DNA from: an uncultured cyanobacterium
GTDB taxonomy: Bacteria > Cyanobacteriota > Cyanobacteriia > Cyanobacteriales > Nostocaceae
Reading direction: 5' to 3'
Length of the DNA: 64,000 nucleotides
NCBI GenBank assembly: GCA_963706595.1
Contig: OY970166.1
Coordinates: 4,992,001 to 5,056,000 of the forward strand
In this document: one piece after another, positions 52,366 to 63,147 of the stretch
Layout of the letters: each line of letters opens with the position of its first letter
Position numbering within the stretch: the first letter of the stretch is position 1
Position numbers and translations under genes: made by a program
Notes under the pieces: generated by a model
The model's input: only the letters and a program-made list of their open reading frames with translations
Database searches by the model: none
What the model was told of the DNA's origin: nothing

Positions 52366-53390
52366 CATAAAAATTGGAAAAAATTTATAGTAGGTAGAGG
52401 TAACTGGCGCAGGTAATGATTAATTTCCATCGATGCACTGAGTCCAGAAATCATTGCGTCTTCGGCGAGATAGCCACCACACCAATCACCACAACATACT
52501 AAAGGAGGGGAAGTTTTGGCAGATAATACAGGATGTAACCACGGACGACTAGGAAAAGCGTAACGCCAGCGATGTACTTGCATCCACTCTGGTTTTTCCA
52601 GCCAGGGAAGCGCTAACCTCTGGGCTGCTTGTTCCAACATCTCTTTCCCTACTGGTTGTAAATCTGGGGTTTCTAAATGCAGTTCGGCAAATTTAGCGCT
52701 ACTTTGCAATACAAATACAGGTTGCTGAGGGTGGGGACGTTTGCTACTATCTAAACCAATCCATCCCAGAACAGCGTCATCTGTAAATTTTCGCTCGTTC
52801 CAATGTGGTAGTGCTGTGGATGTGGCAGGATATCCCGCGATCGCACTCACAGAAGGGTAAAATTCTACAGAACTCAAATTGTCGATAAATTCTTTACCTA
52901 ATACAGGTTCCCCCAATGGTGCTAACAGTGTCAACGCTTGGGGGGCGGGAATGGCTAAAACTAAGGCTTTCGCTGTTAATTGTTCGTTACTTTCCAGAGT
53001 CAGACACCAACTATTTTCCTCTGTGGGGTGAATAGCTGTGACACGTTGATTGAGTTGGATTTGTAAACCTTGGGCGAGAAACTTGGCGATCGCACTCATT
53101 CCCGCAGGTACGATGTAACGGGGTGCAGAATCGGGTTGAGTCGCATCTGCCCACACTTCTACGATATGGCGATCGCGTAACAATTGCACAAAATTATCGA
53201 ATAATTCACCTTTAGGCTTTAAATAACACGCCCCATGATCTGCCCAAGTTCCATATAATCGGCGTGTAGCTAGTCGTCCCCCCAAACCACGGGACTTTTC
53301 CAGCACCAACACTGAATATCCCGCTTGAGTTAACCTTTGGGCGCAGACTAAACCCGCCATTCCGGCTCCAATTATTGCAATATCAGTCAT
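52365..53390 (-). CDS. Renalase-like NAD/FAD-dependent oxidoreductase
   Basis: GAGMAG, EKSRGLGGRLATRR, DHGA, HRWRYA, CGDW. Confidence 0.9.
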   Translation of the reverse strand: MTDIAIIGAGMAGLVCAQRLTQAGYSVLVLEKSRGLGGRLATRRLYGTWADHGACYLKPKGELFDNFVQLLRDRHIVEVWADATQPDSAPRYIVPAGMSAIAKFLAQGLQIQLNQRVTAIHPTEENSWCLTLESNEQLTAKALVLAIPAPQALTLLAPLGEPVLGKEFIDNLSSVEFYPSVSAIAGYPATSTALPHWNERKFTDDAVLGWIGLDSSKRPHPQQPVFVLQSSAKFAELHLETPDLQPVGKEMLEQAAQRLALPWLEKPEWMQVHRWRYAFPSRPWLHPVLSAKTSPPLVCCGDWCGGYLAEDAMISGLSASMEINHYLRQLPLPTINFFQFL

Positions 53391-53598
53391 ACAATTTTAG
53401 ATTTTAGATTTTAGATTTTAGATTTTTGTTCCATCCACAGATTTATCTGGAGGCTTGTAGCACTAAGGAACTATTGGTCATAATTTATTAGTGAGTACGA
53501 ATACTCATAACCAGTGACAAATGACAAATGACCAATGACTAATGACGGCTAATAGTAGAATAAAGTACATAAAGCCTGCACGCAGAGAGGAAGGGAAA

Positions 53599-54441
53599 TT
53601 GGATGAACTGAGGGCGGCGCTGGAGTTAGCGACAGAAGAGGAATTGCAAGATTTAACCGCAATTCTGTTTAGTCGTAAATTTAATCCCCTAGATTATGTT
53701 CATACACCTGAACCGATTGAGGTTCAAAGCCAAAACCACAAAGCTTGGTTAGATACATTAGAAAATCGGTTTCGGTTTTTAGCCGCAGATGGGATAACGG
53801 TATTACGGGGGCGTACAAGTCAAGTAACTTACCGCCAAGCATTAATTCAAGTTTGTAAGTATCTGAAAATTCCTTATTCTGATGAATTGACAACCGTTGA
53901 TTTAGAAGCTGAATTATTTTTACATCTATTAGGACAGGTGTGGAAAAAATTGCCGGAAAATGAGAAGCAAAAATTAAATCAGCAGGTGCAACGTCAACTG
54001 TCTCAGTCGGACTTAAAACAACCGCTACCATTATTATTGCAGCGTGACCCGTTGGGACTACTGGTTAAAGGTGGTAGCGCTTTGGCGGTTACTTCTATTC
54101 TTCAGCCCTTGGTTTTGCAACAAATAGCCCGGCAATTTGCAATCCATTTTGCTAAATATCAAGTAGCTCAACAGACGGCAATTGCGGGTTCTCAAGCGGC
54201 TGCTAACCAATTTAAAGGCTATGTAGCTGTACAAATGGCGCGACGGGGTATGACGATGAATGCGGCTCGTTATGGGGCTGTGAGGAGCGTGTTTACCTTT
54301 ATTGGTCCAGTGATGTGGACTTGGTTCTTTGCAGATTTAGGATGGCGGGCGATCGCAACTAACTATGGTCGCATCATCCCCACCATATTTGCTCTAGCAC
54401 AAATTCGTCTCACCCGCGCGGAATATTGGGAGCCAGCTTGA
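53599..54441 (+). CDS. YaaW/UPF0174-like protein
   Basis: DELRAALELATEEEL, YRQALIQVC, NYGRIIP; probable TTG start after GAGG. Confidence 0.75.
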   Translation: MDELRAALELATEEELQDLTAILFSRKFNPLDYVHTPEPIEVQSQNHKAWLDTLENRFRFLAADGITVLRGRTSQVTYRQALIQVCKYLKIPYSDELTTVDLEAELFLHLLGQVWKKLPENEKQKLNQQVQRQLSQSDLKQPLPLLLQRDPLGLLVKGGSALAVTSILQPLVLQQIARQFAIHFAKYQVAQQTAIAGSQAAANQFKGYVAVQMARRGMTMNAARYGAVRSVFTFIGPVMWTWFFADLGWRAIATNYGRIIPTIFALAQIRLTRAEYWEPA

Positions 54442-55793
54442 AGTTAGCTTTTAATCATCCCCATTCTCATTTACAAACCCCTTGGAATGTTACCCAAATT
54501 GGACTCCTGATTTTTCCCTTGAGTCCATTGGTAGGAGGTGTCAGTATACTTTTGGCAGCATTAAGAACTTGTCAATTAGAATACCGCCGTGTTATCCACA
54601 GTCCCCTAAATCGGGGATTTGCTTTGTTAAGTGTATTACTAATTATTAGTTGTAGCGTTGCTGATGACAAAATACCAGCTTTTCTGGGCTTGTTTAATTT
54701 ATTACCTTTCTTTCTAGTTTTTGCTGGACTCAGCACCTTAATTCAAACAACAGCCCAATTGCGGCAAATAGCGCTAATTTTCGTCATTGGTTCGGTTCCA
54801 GTGGTAATTATGGGCTTTGGGCAGATATTTTGGGGTTGGAGTTTCCAGTTACAGGTTTTGTGGATTTTATTGGATATAGGACTCGATTCTGGAGGAGATC
54901 CACCAGGACGCATGGCTTCTATTTTCATGCACGCCAACCTGTTTGCGGCTTATTTAGCGATCGCCTTCACCCTCGGATTAGGGTTATTGTTAGAACAATG
55001 GCCTTTAAGAATTTCAGACGTGGTGAAATGGCCGTTTAAAAAAGACGCGATGAATCGCGTCTCTACAAGGTTTTATCCCATTGTTTTAATGGTGTCGGTA
55101 ATTACTAGCTTTGTGGCTCTGATTTTAACTGACTCACGTAATGGGTGGGCGATCGCGATCGTTGCCTGTTTAGCTTATGCACTTTACCAAGGTTGGCATC
55201 TGATTATAGCTGGTGTTGGCAGTATAATTACTAGCGTCATGTTAGCAGCTTTCGCACCATCACCAATTGCAGAAGCCTTTCGGCGATTTGTCCCCGCTTA
55301 CTTTTGGGCGCGGTTAAATGATCAAATGTATCCAGATAGACCAGTGGCTTTAATGCGAACCACTCAATGGGAGTTTGCTTGGTCTTTGACTCAGCAACAG
55401 CCCTGGACAGGCTGGGGTTTACGCAGTTTCAGCGACCTCTACAAAGCCCAAATGCAGATTGATTTGGGTCATCCCCACAACTTATTTTTGATGTTATCGG
55501 CTGAAACTGGTTTACCCAGCGCCCTGTTATTTTTTGGCTGTGTGGCTTGGATATGGTTTGCAGGTGTGCAATTGTTGCAGAAACCCAACTATCTAGACAA
55601 AAAAGATAGATTGATATTTTTCAGTTATATTATTGTCATTTTACAATGGGTGATATTCAACACCGTAGACGTAACTTTATTTGACTTTAGGCTAAATACA
55701 ATTTCTTGGTTGTTTCTCTCTGCACTTTGGGGAGTTGTATATAGCAGTTCTCGCATAAATCGTTACGGTGAAGAATTAATTGACCACAGATGA
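54426..55793 (+). CDS. O-antigen ligase (Wzy_C) family membrane protein
   Basis: Multi-TM; HANLFAAYL, LTDSRNGW, PWTGWG, HPHNLFL. Confidence 0.88.
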   Translation: MGASLKLAFNHPHSHLQTPWNVTQIGLLIFPLSPLVGGVSILLAALRTCQLEYRRVIHSPLNRGFALLSVLLIISCSVADDKIPAFLGLFNLLPFFLVFAGLSTLIQTTAQLRQIALIFVIGSVPVVIMGFGQIFWGWSFQLQVLWILLDIGLDSGGDPPGRMASIFMHANLFAAYLAIAFTLGLGLLLEQWPLRISDVVKWPFKKDAMNRVSTRFYPIVLMVSVITSFVALILTDSRNGWAIAIVACLAYALYQGWHLIIAGVGSIITSVMLAAFAPSPIAEAFRRFVPAYFWARLNDQMYPDRPVALMRTTQWEFAWSLTQQQPWTGWGLRSFSDLYKAQMQIDLGHPHNLFLMLSAETGLPSALLFFGCVAWIWFAGVQLLQKPNYLDKKDRLIFFSYIIVILQWVIFNTVDVTLFDFRLNTISWLFLSALWGVVYSSSRINRYGEELIDHR

Positions 55794-55995
55794 ACAAACA
55801 ACGCCAAAATTAAATTTCTTCACCTCTCCCTCTCTGCGACTCTGCGCCTCTGCGTGATTAAATCTTGGTTCAGCAACGCCTAATTCCAGAAGTAGAATTA
55901 GCTAAAAAATGAAACCTGGATCAAAGAGAGTCATGCTACTCGGTAAAATGGATGTGTCCGTCATCAAGTAAAATAGGCCTAAGTATCCCATCTGT

Positions 55996-56520
55996 ATGCT
56001 TACAACATCTGACTTTCTTCAGTATGCCCAATGGTCGGGTATCGCCACACTGGTATTCGGTGCGATCGCCGTTCTGGCTTTTTTACTCAAATGGGGTATC
56101 CGCTTTCGGCTGGTAGGTACAACTGGCTTTATGCTGGTGCTGACGGGTGGTTTATTTGCTCTCTCGTTGGTTCCTCTGAGTCGCACTGTCATTCCAGGCG
56201 CAGTAAAATACACTCTCGTTTATGATAATGCTTCTACACAAACTGTAATTGCAACATCACCTAATATTACCCCCGACCAATTAGAAGCAACTTTACGTCA
56301 AGCGGCTAGTAATCTTTATTCTTTCGGTCGCTTAGGTTCACGCTCAAACAATCAACTCACAATTCGCGCCCGTACTGTTATTCATCCTGAACCAGGAGTT
56401 TCCGTACCGCTTTTCTTGGGTCAAATTAAGCGCACATTGGAAAGCCGTGAAGATGCGGATATGGATATCGAAATTTACTTGGAAAAATTCGATCAATTAC
56501 CTAACTCGGCTACTTCATAG
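55996..56520 (+). CDS. ycf51: Ycf51 (DUF2518) family protein
   Basis: WGIRFRLVGTTGF, LEATLRQAASNL, IRARTVIHPEPG. Confidence 0.85.
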   Translation: MLTTSDFLQYAQWSGIATLVFGAIAVLAFLLKWGIRFRLVGTTGFMLVLTGGLFALSLVPLSRTVIPGAVKYTLVYDNASTQTVIATSPNITPDQLEATLRQAASNLYSFGRLGSRSNNQLTIRARTVIHPEPGVSVPLFLGQIKRTLESREDADMDIEIYLEKFDQLPNSATS

Positions 56521-56547
56521 TTTTCATTAGACCTTTTTGACAAAGAA

Positions 56548-56577
56548 TGTAGAGACGTTCCATGGAACGTCTCTACA
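56548..56577. repeat. SDR palindrome TGTAGAGACGTTCCATGGAACGTCTCTACA
   Basis: Perfect palindrome; related copies near 59837, 38285 and 55043. Confidence 0.85.
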
Positions 56578-56642
56578 ACGGTTATCTCTTCGCTACAGGG
56601 GAAAAAAAACATTTATTTGTTACCAAAATCACATAGATTTTT

Positions 56643-56658
56643 TGTATTACACTATACA
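56643..56658 (+). promoter_or_regulatory. Putative NtcA site
   Basis: TGTA-TTACACTA-TACA (GTA-N8-TAC) with TAAGAT 20 nt downstream. Confidence 0.5.
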
Positions 56659-56682
56659 AAAAATCTTAAGTTTAGATTAAGA

Positions 56683-56839
56683 TAGGACTTACGCAAAAAA
56701 CCGTACCCTTCGGGAAGCTTCTCCCAAGGGAGACGCTTCGCGAACGCTAACGGCTGACGCTCACGGCGAAGCCTCTCAAACTCTCATGACTCAGTGTCCT
56801 CTGTGGTTAGTTTTCTCCTAAATTCCTACATAACTCCTA
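56683..56839. mobile_element. Degenerate MITE with TAGGACTTACGCA-type end
   Basis: TAGGACTTACGCA...TACATAACTCCTA; same end family as 37968-38157. Confidence 0.55.
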
Positions 56840-56992
56840 TCAAATAAAAAGTATAAAGTATAAATATTCAAAAATTTGTAGTTCAGAACTTGAGAGGAAT
56901 GGGCATGATTAAAGCCAAGGGAAACGAAAATTCCTGGACATAAGTCTAAAATTTTATTAAGAAATATCAATATTTTGGCAAACTAGATTTAT

Positions 56993-58177
56993 ATGCCCAA
57001 TCAACTTTCTACTCAAACTGTGTCTACTCAAACCTCTAGCTCATTATTGACGCTGACGGTTGCTCCAGGAAAAATCATTCGTGGTTCTGGGGTATTACAG
57101 ACAGCATCAGCAGAAATTACCCGCTTAGGGACTCGTCCCTTAATTATTGCCGGGAATTCGACACTAGGGAACGCTCAAAACAATTTACAAGCAATTTTAA
57201 CCAAGTCAAACACGGCTCAGTCTAACTATGGTGTAGATTGCTGTGAAGCTAGTTTAAAAGCTTTAAAGAAAACAGCCCAAGAACATCAAGCCGATGTAAT
57301 TATTGGTATCGGTGGCGGTAAAGCCTTGGATACAGCTAAATTAGTCGCCGACCAATTACAGTTACCAGTGGTGACAATTCCCACCTCAGCAGCTACCTGT
57401 GCGGCTTGGACTGCCCTTTCTAATGTGTATTCTGAGTCGGGGGCTTTTCTCTATGATGTGGCGCTGTCTCGCTGTCCTGATTTATTAATCCTTGACTATG
57501 ATTTAATTCAAACTGCACCACAACGGACATTAGTAGCCGGAATTGGGGATGCGATCGCTAAATGGTATGAAGCATCAGTTAGCAGTGGTAATTCTCAACA
57601 AACTCTGATTATCTCCGCAGTGCAACAAGCGCGAGTTTTACGAGATATTTTATTACAAAAGTCAGCTACAGCCCTGAAAGAACCAGGTAGTCAGGTTTGG
57701 CGAGAAGTCGTAGATGCTACCGTGTTACTGGCTGGGGTAATTGGCGGACTCGGAGGGGCGCAGTGTCGCACCGTCGCCGCCCATGCCGTACATAATGGTT
57801 TAACTCACATTTCCGGACACAGTAGCATCCACGGTGAAAAAGTTGCTTATGGTATTTTGGTGCAACTGCGTTTAGAAGAAATGTTACAAAATAATCAACT
57901 AGCGGCATCAGCACGGCAACAGTTGTTAAAGTTTTACGCAGAGATTGGACTACCGCAAAATTTAAGTGATTTAGGTTTGGGCAACATTACATTAAAAGAG
58001 TTGCAAACATCTGCCGAAATTGCTTTAGATCCTCAGTCTGATATCCATCGACTACCATTTAAAGTTGCACTAGAACAGTTAATGGCGGCGATGGTTTCTA
58101 CCACTGCACCAACAGATAGTAGAGATGTTATAAATCGTGTCTCCACCAGGGGAATGAGTGAAGAGGTTTCAGAATGA
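56993..58177 (+). CDS. Glycerol dehydrogenase-like iron-containing alcohol dehydrogenase
   Basis: GIGGGKALDTAK, PTSAATCA, GIGDAIAK, AHAVHNG, HGEKVAYG. Confidence 0.9.
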   Translation: MPNQLSTQTVSTQTSSSLLTLTVAPGKIIRGSGVLQTASAEITRLGTRPLIIAGNSTLGNAQNNLQAILTKSNTAQSNYGVDCCEASLKALKKTAQEHQADVIIGIGGGKALDTAKLVADQLQLPVVTIPTSAATCAAWTALSNVYSESGAFLYDVALSRCPDLLILDYDLIQTAPQRTLVAGIGDAIAKWYEASVSSGNSQQTLIISAVQQARVLRDILLQKSATALKEPGSQVWREVVDATVLLAGVIGGLGGAQCRTVAAHAVHNGLTHISGHSSIHGEKVAYGILVQLRLEEMLQNNQLAASARQQLLKFYAEIGLPQNLSDLGLGNITLKELQTSAEIALDPQSDIHRLPFKVALEQLMAAMVSTTAPTDSRDVINRVSTRGMSEEVSE

Positions 58178-59385
58178 GCTTGAATTGGATTACCCCCGCA
58201 GATCGCATACAACAGCTACCGCCTTATGTTTTTGCCCGTCTGGACGAATTGAAGGCGAAGGCGCGAGAACAAGGACTAGATTTAATTGATTTGGGCATGG
58301 GAAACCCGGATGGGGCGACACCACAGCCTGTAGTAGAAGCTGCGATCGCGGCTTTAAAAAATCCCGCCAATCACGGTTATCCGCCCTTTGAGGGGACTGC
58401 GAGTTTTCGCCGTGCTATCACTAATTGGTACAATCGCCGTTATGGTGTAGTACTTGATCCAGATAGTGAAGCTTTACCTTTACTGGGTTCTAAAGAAGGA
58501 TTAACTCATTTAGCGATCGCCTATATTAATCCTGGTGATTTAGTTCTAGTTCCCTCTCCCGCCTATCCCGCCCATTTTCGCGGTCCGTTAATTGCTGGGG
58601 GGAAAATTCACAACTTGATTCTCAAACCGGAAAATAACTGGTTAATAGATTTAGCAGCTATTCCCGATGCAGTTGCAGAACAAGCCAAAATTCTCTACTT
58701 TAATTATCCCAGTAATCCTACTGCTGCCACCGCCCCCCGTGAATTTTTTGAAGACATCGTAGCTTTTGCGCGGAAATACGAAATTCTGCTAGTGCATGAT
58801 TTATGTTACGCCGAGTTAGCTTTTGATGGTTATCAACCCACCAGCTTGTTAGAAATTCCCGGCGCGAAAGAAATTGGCGTAGAATTTCACACCTTATCCA
58901 AAACCTATAATATGGCTGGTTGGCGTGTGGGTTTTGTCGTGGGGAACCGCCATGTAATTCAAGGCTTGCGAACTCTGAAAACCAACTTGGATTATGGCAT
59001 TTTTGCAGCTTTGCAAACCGCAGCCGAAACCGCCTTGCAATTACCAGATGTGTATTTGCATCAAGTTCAACAACGCTACCGTACCCGTCGGGATTTCCTC
59101 ATAGAAGGTTTAGGAAAATTGGGTTGGGATATTCCCAAAACCAACGCTACCATGTATCTGTGGGTAAAATGTCCTGTGGGTATGGGTTCTACAGATTTTG
59201 CTTTGGATGTATTGCAGCAAACTGGCGTTGTTGTCACCCCTGGTAATGCCTTTGGGGTTGCCGGTGAGGGTTATGTGCGGATAAGTTTAATTGCAGATTG
59301 CGATCGCTTGGGTGAAGCTTTGCACAGATTTAAACAAGCTGGTATCCGCTATCAACCCGAAACCGTAGTTTCTAGTTCAAAATAG
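58174..59385 (+). CDS. Class I PLP aminotransferase (aspartate / LL-DAP aminotransferase-like)
   Basis: NYPSNPT, DLCY, SKTYNMAGWRVG; ATGA overlap with the upstream gene. Confidence 0.92.
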   Translation: MSLNWITPADRIQQLPPYVFARLDELKAKAREQGLDLIDLGMGNPDGATPQPVVEAAIAALKNPANHGYPPFEGTASFRRAITNWYNRRYGVVLDPDSEALPLLGSKEGLTHLAIAYINPGDLVLVPSPAYPAHFRGPLIAGGKIHNLILKPENNWLIDLAAIPDAVAEQAKILYFNYPSNPTAATAPREFFEDIVAFARKYEILLVHDLCYAELAFDGYQPTSLLEIPGAKEIGVEFHTLSKTYNMAGWRVGFVVGNRHVIQGLRTLKTNLDYGIFAALQTAAETALQLPDVYLHQVQQRYRTRRDFLIEGLGKLGWDIPKTNATMYLWVKCPVGMGSTDFALDVLQQTGVVVTPGNAFGVAGEGYVRISLIADCDRLGEALHRFKQAGIRYQPETVVSSSK

Positions 59386-59407
59386 AGATAGAATATATCC
59401 TGAAAAA

Positions 59408-59746
59408 ATGTCACTGATGCCTACCCCTTCTGCTACCAATTCTCATTTAATTGCTGCTGGCTTTCATGCTCTTTCTGATCCAATCAGGATTGGTGTATTG
59501 GAAATATTACGAAAGCGAGAACAGTGTGTATGTGACTTGTGCGATGCTTTGGGGGTGAATCAGTCAAAACTATCTTTTCACCTCAAAACTCTTAAAGAAG
59601 CTGGTTTAGTTAACGCCCGTCAAGAAGGACGCTGGATTTATTACAGTTTAAATTTGCCGCAATTTACTGTTTTAGAAGCATATCTAGCTGAGTTTAGCCA
59701 GAATCCATTCATTTCACCTGCGCGTCTTTGCTTTGATTCCGAATAA
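59408..59746 (+). CDS. ArsR/SmtB family repressor with alpha3 CVCDLC site
   Basis: FHALSDPIR, CVCDLC, QSKLSFHLKTL, GRWIYYSL. Confidence 0.92.
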   Translation: MSLMPTPSATNSHLIAAGFHALSDPIRIGVLEILRKREQCVCDLCDALGVNQSKLSFHLKTLKEAGLVNARQEGRWIYYSLNLPQFTVLEAYLAEFSQNPFISPARLCFDSE

Positions 59747-59883
59747 TTTTTACCTCGTCCTGAGAGAAACTTCAACGCTGAATTTTTCTGTAATAGACAT
59801 CTGGTGAAAATAAAATATGCATTATCACCGAACCGTTGTAGAGACGTTCTATGGAACGTCTCTACATTCGGAATTGCTGAATT

Positions 59884-60023
59884 ATATCAAGTCCGGTTGA
59901 ATACTTACGAAACGCGAAAACCTGCCAAACATTTGCTCTAACTCCCCTCCTCGCTTGCGGGGAGGGCTTGGGGGTGGGGTGACATGATTGTGGTAATCAT
60001 AACTAATTAAACGGACATGATAT
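59884..60023. mobile_element. ~140-bp MITE, copy 2 (inverted relative to 45719-45856)
   Basis: TATCAAGTCCGGTTGAAT...ATTAAACGGACATGATA; further end fragment near 61420-61444. Confidence 0.8.
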
Positions 60024-60143
60024 TAGACTATGAAATTCAAACTCTCAAACTCTCATTCTCTGCGTCTCTGCGCCTGGTGCGTGATACAAATCCATATTTA
60101 AAATCAGCAACACCCTACATTCTTTGTGGGAGATATCTAATTG

Positions 60144-61310
60144 CTATAAAATCTCACTGAGAACTGATACCAATTTCTCAATATGTACGGCTTGATGAGT
60201 AGCCATCACAGATATCCGTATCCGACTTGTAGGGACTGTGGGGGGACGAATAGCTGGGGCAAAAATACCGTGATTTCTTAACTGTTTACCGACCTTAAGG
60301 GCATCTGCTGCACTGGGTAATTGTAAACATAATATGGGTGATGCTGTTAGTAATAATTTGCAGTTAGGTAATTGTTCTGCAATTAACTTTTTTAAGTAAT
60401 CGACATTCCGCCATAGTTGCACAAGAAGTTGCGGTTCTTTCTGTACTATCCCAATTGCTGCTAAAGCTGCGGCGGTATCTGCGGGTGAAAGTGCGGTAGT
60501 GTAAATCCAACTGGGGGCGCGATTTCGTAAATAATCAATTAGGCTGGCGCTTCCCGCTACGTAGCCGCCTAAACTGCCCAAGGCTTTACTTAATGTGCCA
60601 ATTTGAATTAAGATTCTACCTGTGCTGTGAAAATGTTCTACGCATCCTGCACCAGTTTTTCCTAGTACTCCAGTACTGTGAGCTTCATCAATGAGCAGCA
60701 TACAGCTAAATTCTTCTGCTACATCTAATAATATCGGTAATGGACATAAATCACCATCCATACTGAAGACGCTATCAGTAATTATTAAACAACGTCTGTA
60801 GTTTTGGCGTTGCTGACTCAATTGAGTTTTTAACGCTTCCATATCACAGTGGGGATATTCTAGGATTTCTGCACCGCTAAGAATCGCCCCATTTTTCAGA
60901 CTGGAATGATTATACTGGTCAGATAAAATTAAATCACGTTTACCGGCTAAAGCGGCGATCGCACCCAAATTTGCCAAATACCCAGAACTAAATACTACAG
61001 CATCTTCTGTTTGTTTCCAAGCTGCGATCGCCTGTTCCAATTCCCGATGTAATTCCCGATGTCCACTAATTAAACGAGAACCAGTGCTACCAGTCCCCAT
61101 TTTTTCAGTAGCATAAATTGCCGCTTTAATCAAGCGTTCATCCCCAGCCAATCCCAAATAATCATTACTGGCAAAATTAATTACCTCTTCCCCAGCCAAA
61201 AGCACAGTAGCACCGGGGCGACCGTCGATTGTCTGTACACAGCGATACCAGTTAGCTTTGTGAATAGTTGCTAGAGATGCTTCTATCCAACCGTAAGGGT
61301 CTTGAGACAT
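60144..61310 (-). CDS. bioF: 8-amino-7-oxononanoate synthase
   Basis: [42 protein letters not shown]. Confidence 0.95.
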   Translation of the reverse strand: MSQDPYGWIEASLATIHKANWYRCVQTIDGRPGATVLLAGEEVINFASNDYLGLAGDERLIKAAIYATEKMGTGSTGSRLISGHRELHRELEQAIAAWKQTEDAVVFSSGYLANLGAIAALAGKRDLILSDQYNHSSLKNGAILSGAEILEYPHCDMEALKTQLSQQRQNYRRCLIITDSVFSMDGDLCPLPILLDVAEEFSCMLLIDEAHSTGVLGKTGAGCVEHFHSTGRILIQIGTLSKALGSLGGYVAGSASLIDYLRNRAPSWIYTTALSPADTAAALAAIGIVQKEPQLLVQLWRNVDYLKKLIAEQLPNCKLLLTASPILCLQLPSAADALKVGKQLRNHGIFAPAIRPPTVPTSRIRISVMATHQAVHIEKLVSVLSEIL

Positions 61311-61318
61311 AGAGGAAT

Positions 61319-61379
61319 GCAGGGGAGCAGGGGAGCAGGGGAGCAGGGGAGCAGGGGAGCAGGGAGCAGGGAGCAGGGG
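61319..61379. repeat. Tandem repeat (GCAGGGGA / GCAGGGA)n
   Basis: Directly visible. Confidence 0.9.
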
Positions 61380-61494
61380 GAAGGAGGATTTTGCAGTTTT
61401 TGCAGGGATGCACAGAATGATAACTAATTAGGCGGACATGATATGAGCAATACCAATAAAATATAGATGCAATCCTGAAAACCCAGACGTTCTT

Positions 61495-61593
61495 AATTAC
61501 GAATTACGAATTACGAATTACGAATTACGAATTACGAATTACGAATTACGAATTACGAATTACGAATTACGAACTACGAACTACGAACTACGA
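61495..61593. repeat. Long STRR-type heptamer array (AATTACG/AACTACG), about 14 units
   Basis: Directly visible; the ruvA stop codon lies in its last unit. Confidence 0.92.
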
Positions 61594-62232
61594 ATGAGTA
61601 ACTTCTTCGCTGCTGCTAAGATGAGCGATCGCCTGTTTAATCCAATCTTCCACGTAAGCATCTTTTGTGAGTCCAATATCCTCACTGACGACGTGTAAAG
61701 CGTGACTAACTTCATCGGCGCTATATCCCAAAGCAAAAAGAGTCATTTGCACTTCTTCTAAAATCCCTGGTGCTGGTCCGCCTGTAGCGACGAAGAAGCC
61801 TGCTGATTTGCGCCACTCGACTAACTTGGTTTTCAGTTCCAAACAGATACGTTCTGCGGTCTTTTTGCCCACACCAGGAGCTTGAATTAAGATTTGGGTA
61901 TTGGCAGCGATAATGGCTTGGACTAAATCTGGAACTTCCAAAGTGTCCAAGAGTGCGATCGCACTAGCAGTACCAATACCGCTTACAGTCAGCAATTGGC
62001 GGAACAAATCACGTTCTGCGGGTGAACCAAAGCCGTAGAGAAACGGCACTTCATCACGAATTTGTAGATGGGTAAAAATTTGTGTGACTCCGCCCGATTC
62101 TGGCAATTGTTTTGCCAAGCGTTGCGGAATTTGCAAATCATACCCCAAATTATTCACTTCGAGAGTCAACATCATGCGACCCCCGCCAATTGTTTGAATA
62201 CCAGCGACAATCCCTTTGAGATAGCTAATCAT
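61588..62232 (-). CDS. ruvA: Holliday junction branch migration protein RuvA
   Basis: [33 protein letters not shown]; start overlaps the spp stop (ATGA). Confidence 0.95.
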   Translation of the reverse strand: MISYLKGIVAGIQTIGGGRMMLTLEVNNLGYDLQIPQRLAKQLPESGGVTQIFTHLQIRDEVPFLYGFGSPAERDLFRQLLTVSGIGTASAIALLDTLEVPDLVQAIIAANTQILIQAPGVGKKTAERICLELKTKLVEWRKSAGFFVATGGPAPGILEEVQMTLFALGYSADEVSHALHVVSEDIGLTKDAYVEDWIKQAIAHLSSSEEVTHS

Positions 62233-62978
62233 TCTAAGAAACCAAAGTACTTTAAACCTTCGAGAATTCCACCAGCACAAACAGCTTGTGCCAGGTAACG
62301 ATAGTTAGCGGGATACTCGTTGTGCCACTTAAGTAACTCTGGACGTGCATTCCCAACTATGATTCCCCGTTCCTCGCCGACAGCGAATAAAGCAATATCA
62401 TTACCTGAATCACCGCAGACAACTGTTTGTTCTGCTGCAAAGCTCCACTTTTGACGGAGGAACTGCATTGCCTGACCTTTATCGCTGGTAAGAGGCACAA
62501 TGTCAAGGTCAATACCGCTACTATAGATTAATTTTATATTTAATTTAGATTTCAGCAACTCTGCCTCTAGTTGCGGTAAGACATTTCCTGCTACCTCTTG
62601 CTTTAAGAAAAAACTGACTTTAAAAGCCCGTTGTTCGGAATCTGGTTGCAGTTCCAACTCAGGAAAAGACTGAGCGATTTTTAATACCAATTCATTATCC
62701 CAACCAGAGGAGAGGATTTCTGACCAAGCCGCATCGGGGGTATCCTTACCGTCCAGATAAATTTCCGTCCCCACAGAGAGAACTAAAGCATCCGGTTCCA
62801 TGAGATTTTTTTCTTTTTGGAGTTCGCGGTAAAGTATAGGCGATCGCCCTGTAGCATAAACAATCTTAGAGCCGTATGCTTGACGATGTTGACTCAGTGA
62901 TTTTGTCAGTGTGGCTAAAGCGTTGTCATCACCTACGAAGGTGTGATCCAAGTCAGACACAAACAGAAATGGTTTCAT
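62229..62978 (-). CDS. spp: Sucrose-phosphate phosphatase
   Basis: [32 protein letters not shown]. Confidence 0.93.
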   Translation of the reverse strand: MKPFLFVSDLDHTFVGDDNALATLTKSLSQHRQAYGSKIVYATGRSPILYRELQKEKNLMEPDALVLSVGTEIYLDGKDTPDAAWSEILSSGWDNELVLKIAQSFPELELQPDSEQRAFKVSFFLKQEVAGNVLPQLEAELLKSKLNIKLIYSSGIDLDIVPLTSDKGQAMQFLRQKWSFAAEQTVVCGDSGNDIALFAVGEERGIIVGNARPELLKWHNEYPANYRYLAQAVCAGGILEGLKYFGFLE

Positions 62979-63147
62979 AATTTTGATGTATCCCAAGTTA
63001 GTAGTTGCAACAAGACCTGACAATTTTAAACTTGACTATGCATTCCGAGTTAATCTAGCAGATTTTAGCTCAAACAAAAAGCAGCCCCACGTCTGACATC
63101 AAGTGCAGGGTGGGGCAGAATAGTTGAGCGATGATATTTTTTCTTAG

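Noticed and set aside
61495..61593. Possible CRISPR array, also considered for 23098-23168 and 45947-45979
   Set aside because: Contiguous heptamer repeats with no unique spacers and no cas genes; typical STRRs.
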